Below, in pieces: positions 26,445-34,874 of a DNA stretch of 40,371 bases. Position numbers and translations under genes: made by a program. Origin of the DNA: an uncultured Candidatus Saccharibacteria bacterium (GTDB lineage Bacteria > Patescibacteriota > Minisyncoccia > Phycocordibacterales > CAYZPE01); NCBI GenBank assembly GCA_964480575.1, contig CAYZPE010000001.1, positions 1 through 40,371 on the forward strand, in the 5' to 3' direction. Positions within the stretch are counted from its first letter, which is position 1; every line of letters starts with the position of its first letter. The notes under the pieces are model-generated. The model was not told where the DNA came from and ran no database searches. It was given only the letters and a program-made list of their open reading frames with translations.

Positions 26445-27209
26445 ATGGGAACAGTTGAAAATAAAACAGGAGCAATATACGGTAATCTTTTTAATGCGTA
26501 TTCTGAAAAACAATTTGATGAATCAGTTGAATTATTTTTTATGCGCCAGCAAAAATGGGGTATGGATCTTATGTGGTGGAAAGATAAGGTGTGTTTAGAT
26601 GCGGGCTGTGGCGGCGGGAGGTTTGTTGTCGCTATGGCAAAGCTTGGGGCAAAGATGGTGCATGGAATTGATATTAGTGTTGATGCTATTAATGCAGGTA
26701 AAGAGCGATCATTGATTCGCAAGCTCACTAGTACTAAATTTCAAGTAGCTTCAGTCCTCAAGCTTCCATTTCAAGACATTACCTTTGATTACGTAGTTTC
26801 AAGCGGTGTTATTCATCACACCCCAAACCCAAAACAAGCTTTTAATGAGCTGGTGAGAGTTCTTAAACCTGGAGGTAAGCTTTTTCTCTCTGTCTACGGT
26901 AGAGGAGGTTTGAAATGGTTTTTAAATGATTTATTTAGATATACCGTTTGCAAAATAATTCCATTTAAAGTTATGGAAAAGATATTTGCTTGGTGTGGTG
27001 TTCCAGCAAATAAAAGATATAACACGCTTGATAATCTGTATGTTCCGTATTGTTACCGCTATACCGAAAAAGAAATTCGCGAGTGGTTAATTACTGCGGG
27101 ATTTGAAAATCTTACACGGCTCAAGTTTGAAAGATATGATTATGAAAGCATTCTTTCCCGAATTATTCATGGAGAAGGTTGGATACAAATGTATGCGGAC
27201 AAAAAATAA
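26445..27209 (+). CDS. Class I SAM-dependent methyltransferase
   Basis: CLDAGCGGGRFVVAMAKLGA, FDYVVSSGVIHHTPNP, VLKPGGKLFLSVYG. Confidence 0.8.
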   Translation: MGTVENKTGAIYGNLFNAYSEKQFDESVELFFMRQQKWGMDLMWWKDKVCLDAGCGGGRFVVAMAKLGAKMVHGIDISVDAINAGKERSLIRKLTSTKFQVASVLKLPFQDITFDYVVSSGVIHHTPNPKQAFNELVRVLKPGGKLFLSVYGRGGLKWFLNDLFRYTVCKIIPFKVMEKIFAWCGVPANKRYNTLDNLYVPYCYRYTEKEIREWLITAGFENLTRLKFERYDYESILSRIIHGEGWIQMYADKK

Positions 27210-28605
27210 CTTAAAAACAGTATTTATTGCTATCTCTCGTGGTTTTATTGTTAGAAATATACTGAGGAGTGGGGTTTTAGATAAGCTTAAAGAGAAAAAT
27301 TACAAAATTGTGATTTTTTTTCCGTACGGTAAAGATGAAAATGAGAAGTTGGCATTAGTAAAAGAATTTTCTAATGAGAATGTAATAGTTGAATTTTTAC
27401 CTCCCGACACAGATCTTGATTTCAGAGGCATCAAAGGCTTCTTCTATCGCATATTTAAAAGTATTGCGCCATATTTAGTTTATTCTCATTCGACATGGAC
27501 ATATAGTCGCATTGGTAATATGCGAAAAATGAACCGTAGTATCTTCTGGTCTTATCTTGAAAAATATACTTACGGAGTACTTTCACATGTTCACTTTCTG
27601 AAACATATTGCGAGATTTATTGAAATGAGAATTTTTTACGAGCCAAAATATGCTCAATATTTTAAAAAGTATAACCCAAACGTTGTGTTTGCTGCCTCTG
27701 TTGTTTCAAAGCAAGATATCCAATTTATGAAAGATGCAAAACGTTTTGGTGTTAAGACTGTAAGTATGCCGAAGGGGTGGGATAATATTTCTAAAATGCT
27801 CTATCGTGTTGCTCCTGATGTTCTTGTTGTTCAAAATGAAATTATGAAAGATGATGCAATTCATATACAGAGGTTGCACGAATCTCATGTTAAGGTGTGT
27901 GGCTTTCCTCAGTTTGATTGGTACAGACATCCAGAGATTCTCATGAGTCGAGAAAACCTCTTTAGTCTTTTGGGTCTGGATTCAAAAAAAAGACTCTTGT
28001 TTTTTGGTTCAGAAGGTGTGTGGGCACCGAACGATGACACGATTGCTGCAACCCTCAGTAGTCTTGTAGCAGGTTCACAAGGGCTAGTAAAAGAATGTGC
28101 GGTTCTTATACGTCCACATTTTTCTGATGTACACAATAAAAGGTTTGATAAATTCAAGGGATTACCAAATGTTAGAGTTGATGAAAATTTTACTCTCTCT
28201 AATTATTTTAATGACAACTGGAACCCGAGTTTGGAAGAAACTAAATTGTTTGTAAACTGCTTGTATCATTCAGATGTAATGATTACTGTGGCATCAACCC
28301 TTGTTCTTGATGCTGTAGCGTACGATAAGCCTTCGATAGGAATTGCTTACGGAGTCTTGTATAATCCCAAGACGGGCAAGGATGTCTCAGAGGAGCTTTA
28401 TGAAACTGATCATTTTCACGCCGTAATGGTTACTGGAGCGGTTGACCTTGTACGTACTGAAAAAGAACTTGTTGAATCGATTAATAATGCCCTAGTAAAT
28501 CCTGAAAAGAAAAAAAACGAGAGGGAAAATTTGCTTAAAAATTTGTGTTACAGGGTTGATGGAAATTCATCAAAACGGATTGTGGATGTTATAGACTCAG
28601 TTTGA
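27193..28605 (+). CDS. GT-B-fold transferase, TagF / capsule-phosphotransferase-like, paralog 1 (donor unknown)
   Basis: Collinear paralog of 29362-30759 (ISRG..RN.L, K.WDN.SK, G.PQFD.Y, FFGSEG, RPH[FY], LDAVA[YF]DKP). The C-terminal half resembles my recollection of TagF-type CDP-glycerol glycerophosphotransferases. I place the start at ATG 27193 (MRTKNNLKTVFIAISRG), overlapping the upstream gene by 17 nt. Confidence 0.45.
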   Translation: MRTKNNLKTVFIAISRGFIVRNILRSGVLDKLKEKNYKIVIFFPYGKDENEKLALVKEFSNENVIVEFLPPDTDLDFRGIKGFFYRIFKSIAPYLVYSHSTWTYSRIGNMRKMNRSIFWSYLEKYTYGVLSHVHFLKHIARFIEMRIFYEPKYAQYFKKYNPNVVFAASVVSKQDIQFMKDAKRFGVKTVSMPKGWDNISKMLYRVAPDVLVVQNEIMKDDAIHIQRLHESHVKVCGFPQFDWYRHPEILMSRENLFSLLGLDSKKRLLFFGSEGVWAPNDDTIAATLSSLVAGSQGLVKECAVLIRPHFSDVHNKRFDKFKGLPNVRVDENFTLSNYFNDNWNPSLEETKLFVNCLYHSDVMITVASTLVLDAVAYDKPSIGIAYGVLYNPKTGKDVSEELYETDHFHAVMVTGAVDLVRTEKELVESINNALVNPEKKKNERENLLKNLCYRVDGNSSKRIVDVIDSV

Positions 28606-28609
28606 AAAC

Positions 28610-29302
28610 ATGGGATTAGGCTACTTTACTCCAAAAGAAATACTAGAAAATAAAGACCTCATTAAGGACGCTCTTCTTAATGAGTCAAGTTATTTTATAC
28701 GCTCAGGCATCTTAGGTAGTCTTCTTGTGAAGAATATTCCTCATGAAAGTCAGATTTTAGAAATAGGTTCTGGTGGTGGACAATTTGGAAAATTTTTGTT
28801 GGATAGGGGATATAAAAATCTTACTCTTTCAGATATTGATGATTATATTATGCCTGAGGTTAAGGCACGAACTTCTTTTTTTATGGCAGATATTTCGTTT
28901 ACGAAACTACCTCTACATGACAGTTTGATTGATCTCGTTCTGGCAATAACGATCTTTGAGCATTTGGAAAATCCTTTTTTTGCGATTCAGGAAATTACAC
29001 GGGTACTTAGAAAGAATGGAAAACTTATTATAGCGATCCCTTATATTTTTTCACTCAGATCTAAGTTCAAGTTTTTCTTAAGAGGTGATCTGAGTGGATA
29101 TACTGAAACAAATAATCATGTATCACTTTTTACGCGAGCGCTTTTTAAAAAAGTTTTTCTAAAACATTATATAATTAAGGAAACTTATTATAGTCCAGGT
29201 TTTATAAAAGTTTTAGGTAAAAAAATTAAATTCCCTCTATTTCTCGGGTTTTTAAACAAATACTTTGGTAATGATGTTATGTATATTCTTGAGAAGAAAT
29301 AA
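28610..29302 (+). CDS. Class I SAM-dependent methyltransferase
   Basis: ILEIGSGGGQFGKFL, LVLAITIFEHLENP, VLRKNGKLIIAIP. Confidence 0.75.
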   Translation: MGLGYFTPKEILENKDLIKDALLNESSYFIRSGILGSLLVKNIPHESQILEIGSGGGQFGKFLLDRGYKNLTLSDIDDYIMPEVKARTSFFMADISFTKLPLHDSLIDLVLAITIFEHLENPFFAIQEITRVLRKNGKLIIAIPYIFSLRSKFKFFLRGDLSGYTETNNHVSLFTRALFKKVFLKHYIIKETYYSPGFIKVLGKKIKFPLFLGFLNKYFGNDVMYILEKK

Positions 29303-29306
29303 CTCC

Positions 29307-29335
29307 TTGCGAGCTCCTCTTGCCAGGGCTATACT
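29307..29335 (+). promoter_or_regulatory. Candidate sigma70-like promoter (TTGCGA-17 nt-TATACT)
   Basis: TTGCGA at 29307-29312, a 17-nt spacer, TATACT at 29330-29335, 26 nt upstream of ATG 29362, in one of the few real intergenic gaps. Pattern match only. Confidence 0.3.
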
Positions 29336-29361
29336 ATCTTTCTGCTTTGGAAGACTAATAC

Positions 29362-30759
29362 ATGAAAAAAATATTCCTTACAATTTCAAGGGGTAGCCTT
29401 GCTCGAAATCTTCTTCAGAATGATTTCTATAAAATAGTACGTGAAAAGTATAAGATTGTGCTTGTGACGCCAGCAGCTCATGATTCTCGTTTTACAAGTG
29501 AGTTTTCACATCCGAATGTTTCATTTGTGTCTTTTGTTGAACTTGAACATTCTCCACTTGACCGTTTTTTCTTTTTTTTCTATAAAAATCTCATTTATAA
29601 CAATACGATTGATCAGAAAAACCATTGGGGAGTAATCGGGAGCACTTCCGAAGATCGTCCCTCGATCTATCTTTACTACCTGAAGAAGTTTGTGTTCGGT
29701 GGTCTGAGTAAGCTTTCCTTTCTAAGGACACTACTTCGGTTTTTGGACAATGCCTTTTTGCAAAAAAAAGAGGTCAATTTTTTTAGTGAGCTTGTAAGGC
29801 TTCATAAGCCCGATTTGGTTATTGTCTCAAATATAAGTAGTGATAGTGAAACTGCACTTGTTAAAGCTGCCCGTAAAAATAGAATACCTACTGTGGGTAT
29901 GACTAAAAGTTGGGATAATTTAAGTAAGCATGGTTTTCGTGCAAAAGTTGATCTTTTGGCTGTGTGGAGTAAGTTCATGAAAGATGAAGCTCTGATCTTT
30001 CAAGATTACAAAGAGAGCGAGGTTGTTGTGACGGGTATTCCTCAGTTTGATATCTACGCAGACAAGAAAAGGATATGGTCACGAGAAAAATTTTGTAGTT
30101 TGTATGGGCTCGATCCGCAAAGAAAAATTATCTTCTTTGGATCAGAGGGTAAGAAGTTTCCAACTGATGGTGATATCGCTGAAATCATTCATGGTGATAT
30201 TATTCACAATAAATTCATAGATCCATCACAGTTACTTGTGAGGCCTCATTATGGCTATAAAAAAGATGAACAGAAATTTAAGAGTCTTTTTGGAAAAAAA
30301 CATGCATCTATCGATCTTTTTAATAATCCGTCACTCGTGTTTCGTGATGAATGGGATTATTCGCAAGATTTTATAGATCGTTTTGCAAACTGCCTTTTCC
30401 ATGCGGATATTACAATAAACACATGTTCAACTCTTAGTCTCGATGCGGTCGCGTTCGATAAACCAATTATAAATATTGCTTTTGATGGCCATTTTAAGCA
30501 GCCTTATGAACACTCTCTTGTTCGATGGTACGAGACGGACTACTACAGGCATCTTCTCAAAACAAAAGCAGTAACTCTTGTCTATTCAAAGGAAGAACTG
30601 AAAGATAAAATAAATGAGTATTTAAAAAATCCATCAATAAAAGCAGAGGATAGGGTACGTCTTCGTGAAGAATTTTGTGGTAGCTTAGATGGAAAGGTAG
30701 GAGAATTTTTTGCGTCTATGGTTCATAGACTCTTGAATAAAAGTGGTGAGAAAGTATAA
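29362..30759 (+). CDS. GT-B-fold transferase, TagF / capsule-phosphotransferase-like, paralog 2 (donor unknown)
   Basis: Shares the motifs listed for 27193-28605 along its whole length (by eye roughly 30% identity). Confidence 0.45.
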   Translation: MKKIFLTISRGSLARNLLQNDFYKIVREKYKIVLVTPAAHDSRFTSEFSHPNVSFVSFVELEHSPLDRFFFFFYKNLIYNNTIDQKNHWGVIGSTSEDRPSIYLYYLKKFVFGGLSKLSFLRTLLRFLDNAFLQKKEVNFFSELVRLHKPDLVIVSNISSDSETALVKAARKNRIPTVGMTKSWDNLSKHGFRAKVDLLAVWSKFMKDEALIFQDYKESEVVVTGIPQFDIYADKKRIWSREKFCSLYGLDPQRKIIFFGSEGKKFPTDGDIAEIIHGDIIHNKFIDPSQLLVRPHYGYKKDEQKFKSLFGKKHASIDLFNNPSLVFRDEWDYSQDFIDRFANCLFHADITINTCSTLSLDAVAFDKPIINIAFDGHFKQPYEHSLVRWYETDYYRHLLKTKAVTLVYSKEELKDKINEYLKNPSIKAEDRVRLREEFCGSLDGKVGEFFASMVHRLLNKSGEKV

Positions 30760-31888
30760 TACCACTGCTTTGAAACCAATAAAAAAAGGCCATATTTCTA
30801 TTCCTAATTCAGATATTAAGATCGGGAATGATCATGTTTTTGTTATTGCAGAAATCGGGAAGAACTTTATCCAAAGTAAAGAAGAAGTGTCTATGGATGA
30901 ATATCTTTCTAATGCTAAAAAACTTATTGATGCGGCAGTGAAGGCCGGTGCGGATGCGGTGAAGTTTCAAACTCATGAAGTTGAAGATGAGCAGGCGGTA
31001 ATATCGATTACCTCGCCACATTTTAAAGGAATAGATCGTCATACTTGGGTCTCGTGGAATACTCGTATAACACCTCTCGAGTTCTGGAAGGAATTAAAAA
31101 ACTATGCTGATGCAAAAGATATTTTATTTTTTTCGACTCCAATGAGCCGTAAGGCTGCTATAAAACTTGAGTCACTCGATGTTCCTTTTTGGAAAATTGG
31201 ATCAGGTGATGTTGAGGACTATGTATTACTGGATTATATAGCTGAAACAAAGAAGCCTGTCATAATTTCTACTGGTATGGTTGGAAAAAAAGAATTAGAG
31301 CGCGTTGTTGTTTATTTACAAAAAAGAAGTGTCCCTCTAGTCGTTCTCTATTGTGTAAGTAAGTATCCATGTTCTCCAAAGGATTTTAATTTGGCATCAA
31401 TCGAGTATTTGAAGGAAAAATATCCCGATATAGTAGTGGGTTTTTCTGATCATAATGTTTCAAGTCATGAAGTTGATCTGGCTGCTGTAAAGCTTGGTGC
31501 TCGGGTCATTGAGAAGCATTTTTCATTTGATCGTAATTTCTGGGGATCTGATCATAAGGCATCAATTACTCCTCCAGAGATGGAAGCGATGATAAAAGAT
31601 TTGCGTAAAGGTAAGTACGAATCAGTTGACCATACAAAGTTTTACGGAAACAAAAGAAAAGACTTTGAAGGGGCAAAGAATCAGTTTCGAGAGTATTTTA
31701 AAAAGACTTTGGTTGCATCAGTCGATGCTAAAAAAGGAGACATTATAACCAAGGATATGATTTACGCATTACGCCCACAAAAACACCTTAAGGGCTTACC
31801 TTCAAATCATTATCACAAGATTATTGGAAAAAAAATCAAAAAAGATATTAAAAAATATGAGCCAATCAACAAAAAACACATAGCGTAG
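30743..31888 (+). CDS. neuB: NeuB-family nonulosonic acid (N-acetylneuraminate-type) synthase with a C-terminal SAF domain
   Basis: IKIGNDHVFVIAEIGKNF, AGADAVKFQTH, FFSTPMS, WKIGSGD, KPVIISTGM, FSDH, EKHFS and GSDHKAS, then SAF-like AKKGDIITKDMIYALRP. The only in-frame canonical start before the conserved core is GTG 30743, so the start is uncertain. Confidence 0.8.
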   Translation: MVRKYNTTALKPIKKGHISIPNSDIKIGNDHVFVIAEIGKNFIQSKEEVSMDEYLSNAKKLIDAAVKAGADAVKFQTHEVEDEQAVISITSPHFKGIDRHTWVSWNTRITPLEFWKELKNYADAKDILFFSTPMSRKAAIKLESLDVPFWKIGSGDVEDYVLLDYIAETKKPVIISTGMVGKKELERVVVYLQKRSVPLVVLYCVSKYPCSPKDFNLASIEYLKEKYPDIVVGFSDHNVSSHEVDLAAVKLGARVIEKHFSFDRNFWGSDHKASITPPEMEAMIKDLRKGKYESVDHTKFYGNKRKDFEGAKNQFREYFKKTLVASVDAKKGDIITKDMIYALRPQKHLKGLPSNHYHKIIGKKIKKDIKKYEPINKKHIA

Positions 31889-31925
31889 ACAGAGGTTCAG
31901 AATAATGTAATAATTCTTTTCCTAT

Positions 31926-33098
31926 ATGCTTAAGGTATCGAAACGAAAAATCTGCTTCATTATAACGTCTGGTATTCACTACAGCCGGAGCAAGCTCATA
32001 CTTCAAGAGCTTAAAATGCGTAAAGATGTTGAATTACAGATTGTGGTTGCAGCTTCAGCTATCTTGTCTACATACAGCGATGTACTTTCTCTTATGAAAA
32101 AAGACGGTTTTCATTGTAATGCTAAAATCACTATGGTTTTGGAAGGTGGTAGTCCTGTTGCAATGGCGAAAACTACAGGTATCGGAATTACTGAATTTGC
32201 AACAGCCTTTGAAAACCTTTCTCCAGATATTGTTGTTGTCCGTGGTGACCGTTATGAGGTTCTTGCTCCGGCAGTCGCGGCAGCATATTTAAACATTGCG
32301 ATAGCTCATATTGAGGGAGGTGACGTTACAGGAAATATTGATGAAAGCGTTCGACATGCAATAACCAAACTTTCACATATTCATTTCACAACAAATGAAG
32401 ATTCAAAAAAAAGAGTAATACGGATGGGTGAGAATCCTAAATATGTGTTTGATGTTGGTGGTCCAGAAATTGAATTTGTTGCGCGTAATCATTTCAAGGC
32501 TTCAAATAAACTAATAAATTATCTTGGTGTTGGAGACATGATTGATATTAATAATCCATTTATTATGGTTATGCAGCATCCGGTCACGAGTGAGCAGGCT
32601 AAAAATAGACAGCATATCGAAGAAACACTCTACGGTGTATGCGATTTGAACCTCCCTGTGATTTGGTTTTGGCCAAATGTTGATGCTGGAACGGATGAGA
32701 CCTCAAAAGGTATTCGAATTTTTCGAGAAAAGCACAGTCCTTCTCATATGCGTTTTATAAAGCATATTCCGCCAGAAGAGTTTGTGGGGCTTTTGAAGAG
32801 ATCTGCCTGTCTTGTGGGTAATTCATCTTCAGGTATCAAAGAGTGTTCATTTCTAGGTGTGCCAGTTGTAAATATTGGTAGTAGGCAGAATCGTAGATTA
32901 CGAGCGGATAATGTAATCGACACAGATTATAACAGGAACGAAATAAAAAAAGCTGTCCAAAAACAAATAAAACACGGGCCGTATAAATCAAGTCATATTT
33001 ACTATAAAAAGAATACAAGTAAAAAAATAAGCCAAATACTTGCTTCTGTTGATCTGTACACTCAAAAGTTTTTTCACGACGATTACATAGTAAAATAG
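31926..33098 (+). CDS. neuC: UDP-N-acetylglucosamine 2-epimerase, hydrolysing (NeuC type)
   Basis: VVVRGDRYEVLAPAVAAAYLNIAIAHIEGGDVTGNIDESVRHAITKLSHIHFT is the NeuC-type signature. GNSSSGIKECSFLGVPVVNIGSRQ. Confidence 0.85.
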   Translation: MLKVSKRKICFIITSGIHYSRSKLILQELKMRKDVELQIVVAASAILSTYSDVLSLMKKDGFHCNAKITMVLEGGSPVAMAKTTGIGITEFATAFENLSPDIVVVRGDRYEVLAPAVAAAYLNIAIAHIEGGDVTGNIDESVRHAITKLSHIHFTTNEDSKKRVIRMGENPKYVFDVGGPEIEFVARNHFKASNKLINYLGVGDMIDINNPFIMVMQHPVTSEQAKNRQHIEETLYGVCDLNLPVIWFWPNVDAGTDETSKGIRIFREKHSPSHMRFIKHIPPEEFVGLLKRSACLVGNSSSGIKECSFLGVPVVNIGSRQNRRLRADNVIDTDYNRNEIKKAVQKQIKHGPYKSSHIYYKKNTSKKISQILASVDLYTQKFFHDDYIVK

Positions 33099-33102
33099 AC
33101 TT

Positions 33103-33813
33103 ATGTATAAACAGAGTAAAATTTTGGGAATCATTACTGCTCGGGGTGGCTCTAAGGGAATTCCTGGAAAAAATATTAAACCCCTACGAGGGAAACCTCT
33201 TATTGCGTATACAATTGAAGCTGCAAAGCAGAGTAAATTTCTGACGCGAACAATCGTTTCCACTGATTATGAAAATATCGCTGAAGTTTCAAGAAAGTTC
33301 GGTGCTGACGTGCCCTTTTTGAGGCCGGCAGAAATCGCACAAGATAAAAGTACTTCGATTGACGTGATTAAACACGCTCTCTCATGGCTTAAGGAAAATC
33401 AGAACGAAGAATACGGTTACGTGATGATTCTTCAGCCAACTTCTCCGCTACGAGAGGCGATAGATATTGATGAGTGTATAAAAATTGCTGTCGAAAAAGA
33501 TGCGGACTCAGTTATGAGTATGAAGGAGCTTGATGACTTCTCTCCAAAAAAACTTAAAAAAATTCAAAATGGTCTAATTCTTCCTTATTTTGAAGATGAA
33601 GGGTCACAATCAGCACAACGCCAGAGTTTAGATAAAATGCATAAACGCAATTGTGCAATATATCTCACTAAGATTTCTTGTGTCTTGAATGGTGATCTTT
33701 TTGGAAAAAAGTCTTATGCTTATATAATGCCCGAGGATAGATCTGTAGATATAAATCAACCGATTGATTTTGAAATGGCAGAATTTTGGCTGAAAAAACT
33801 ACATAACAAATAA
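33103..33813 (+). CDS. neuA: N-acylneuraminate (nonulosonate) cytidylyltransferase
   Basis: LGIITARGGSKGIPGKNIKPLRGKPLIAYTI and ILQPTSPLR are typical of CMP-sialic acid synthetases. Confidence 0.85.
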   Translation: MYKQSKILGIITARGGSKGIPGKNIKPLRGKPLIAYTIEAAKQSKFLTRTIVSTDYENIAEVSRKFGADVPFLRPAEIAQDKSTSIDVIKHALSWLKENQNEEYGYVMILQPTSPLREAIDIDECIKIAVEKDADSVMSMKELDDFSPKKLKKIQNGLILPYFEDEGSQSAQRQSLDKMHKRNCAIYLTKISCVLNGDLFGKKSYAYIMPEDRSVDINQPIDFEMAEFWLKKLHNK

Positions 33814-33852
33814 TGTGGAAAACGTTGGGCGGTTTGTGGGTAACGAAATTAT

Positions 33853-34815
33853 ATGAGACCTAAAATTTTAAATGTAATTGGTGAGAAGTTTACAGCTGAA
33901 GCAAAAGAAATTTTGAATGTAGTTGCCGATGTTGATTATGTCACCCCAACCGAAGAAAAGCTTACAGAAATAATTTCTCGGTACGATGCCATACTTCTTG
34001 GTCTTGAAGTAAAAATAGATAAAAAGGTTTTAGATAATGCTCCTCAATTAAAATATATTGCAACTGCGACAACAGGTCTCGATCATATTGATACAGTTTA
34101 TGCAGAGTCGAAAGGAATTGAAGTTTTGAGTTTGAAAGGGGAGAATGCATTTCTCAATACAATTACAGGAACCGCAGAGCTTGCGTGTGGCCTCATGATC
34201 TCTTTGCTCCGTCTAATTCCATATGCGGTTGAAGATGTAAAAAAAGGCAATTGGAGTAGGGAGTCATTTCGAGGTAAAAGTCTGTATGGAAAAACACTGG
34301 GTATTGTCGGATTAGGTCGTTTAGGCAAGATGATGGCCCGATATGGAAAAGCTTTTGGAATGAATGTTTTGTTCGCTGACCCTCATGTTCCTGCGGGAAA
34401 TTTTCCTGAATATGAAAAAGTAGATTTTGAGAGACTTATTTCTTCGAGTGATATTGTGTCAATTCATGTTCATCTCGATTCCGCAACAGAAAATATGTTC
34501 AATACCCTTGTGTTTAAAAAGATGAAAAAAACTAGTTATCTCATAAATACATCACGGGGAAAAATAGTGAACGAGCAGGATCTCCTTGCTGCGCTCGAAG
34601 AGAATGGTATTGCAGGGTATGCGACGGATGTGTTATCTGGAGAATTGTCATTTAGATCACATATTCCAAATAATGAACTGCTTTTAGAGTATGCTCGCGA
34701 TCACAGAAATGTACTCATTGTTCCGCATATTGGTGGTATGACCGAGGAGTCACGAAGTGCCACTGATATTTTTATTGCTCAAAAATTAAAGAAACACTTA
34801 AGTAAAATTACTTAA
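33853..34815 (+). CDS. D-isomer-specific 2-hydroxyacid dehydrogenase (PGDH/GyaR-like)
   Basis: GKTLGIVGLGRLGKMMARYGKAFGMNVLFADP (NAD fold), NTSRGKIV (catalytic Arg), ATDVL..E, VPHIGGMT (catalytic His). Confidence 0.85.
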   Translation: MRPKILNVIGEKFTAEAKEILNVVADVDYVTPTEEKLTEIISRYDAILLGLEVKIDKKVLDNAPQLKYIATATTGLDHIDTVYAESKGIEVLSLKGENAFLNTITGTAELACGLMISLLRLIPYAVEDVKKGNWSRESFRGKSLYGKTLGIVGLGRLGKMMARYGKAFGMNVLFADPHVPAGNFPEYEKVDFERLISSSDIVSIHVHLDSATENMFNTLVFKKMKKTSYLINTSRGKIVNEQDLLAALEENGIAGYATDVLSGELSFRSHIPNNELLLEYARDHRNVLIVPHIGGMTEESRSATDIFIAQKLKKHLSKIT

Positions 34816-34820
34816 ATCGT

Positions 34821-34850
34821 TTGAGTTAAAACAGGCTCTCGTGCTATATT
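34821..34850 (+). promoter_or_regulatory. Candidate sigma70-like promoter (TTGAGT-18 nt-TATATT)
   Basis: TTGAGT at 34821-34826, TATATT at 34845-34850, 24 nt upstream of ATG 34875. Pattern match only. Confidence 0.25.
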
Positions 34851-34874
34851 TGTGGGTATTGTTTTAAATATTCT

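Noticed and set aside
2274-27192. Upstream-extended track starts at 2274, 5717, 6735, 7748, 18362, 25600 and 27103
   Set aside because: Each extension overlaps the 3' end of the preceding gene and adds non-conserved residues. In each case an ATG lies at or just after the upstream stop and coincides with the conserved N-terminus, for example MCGIHG for AsnB.
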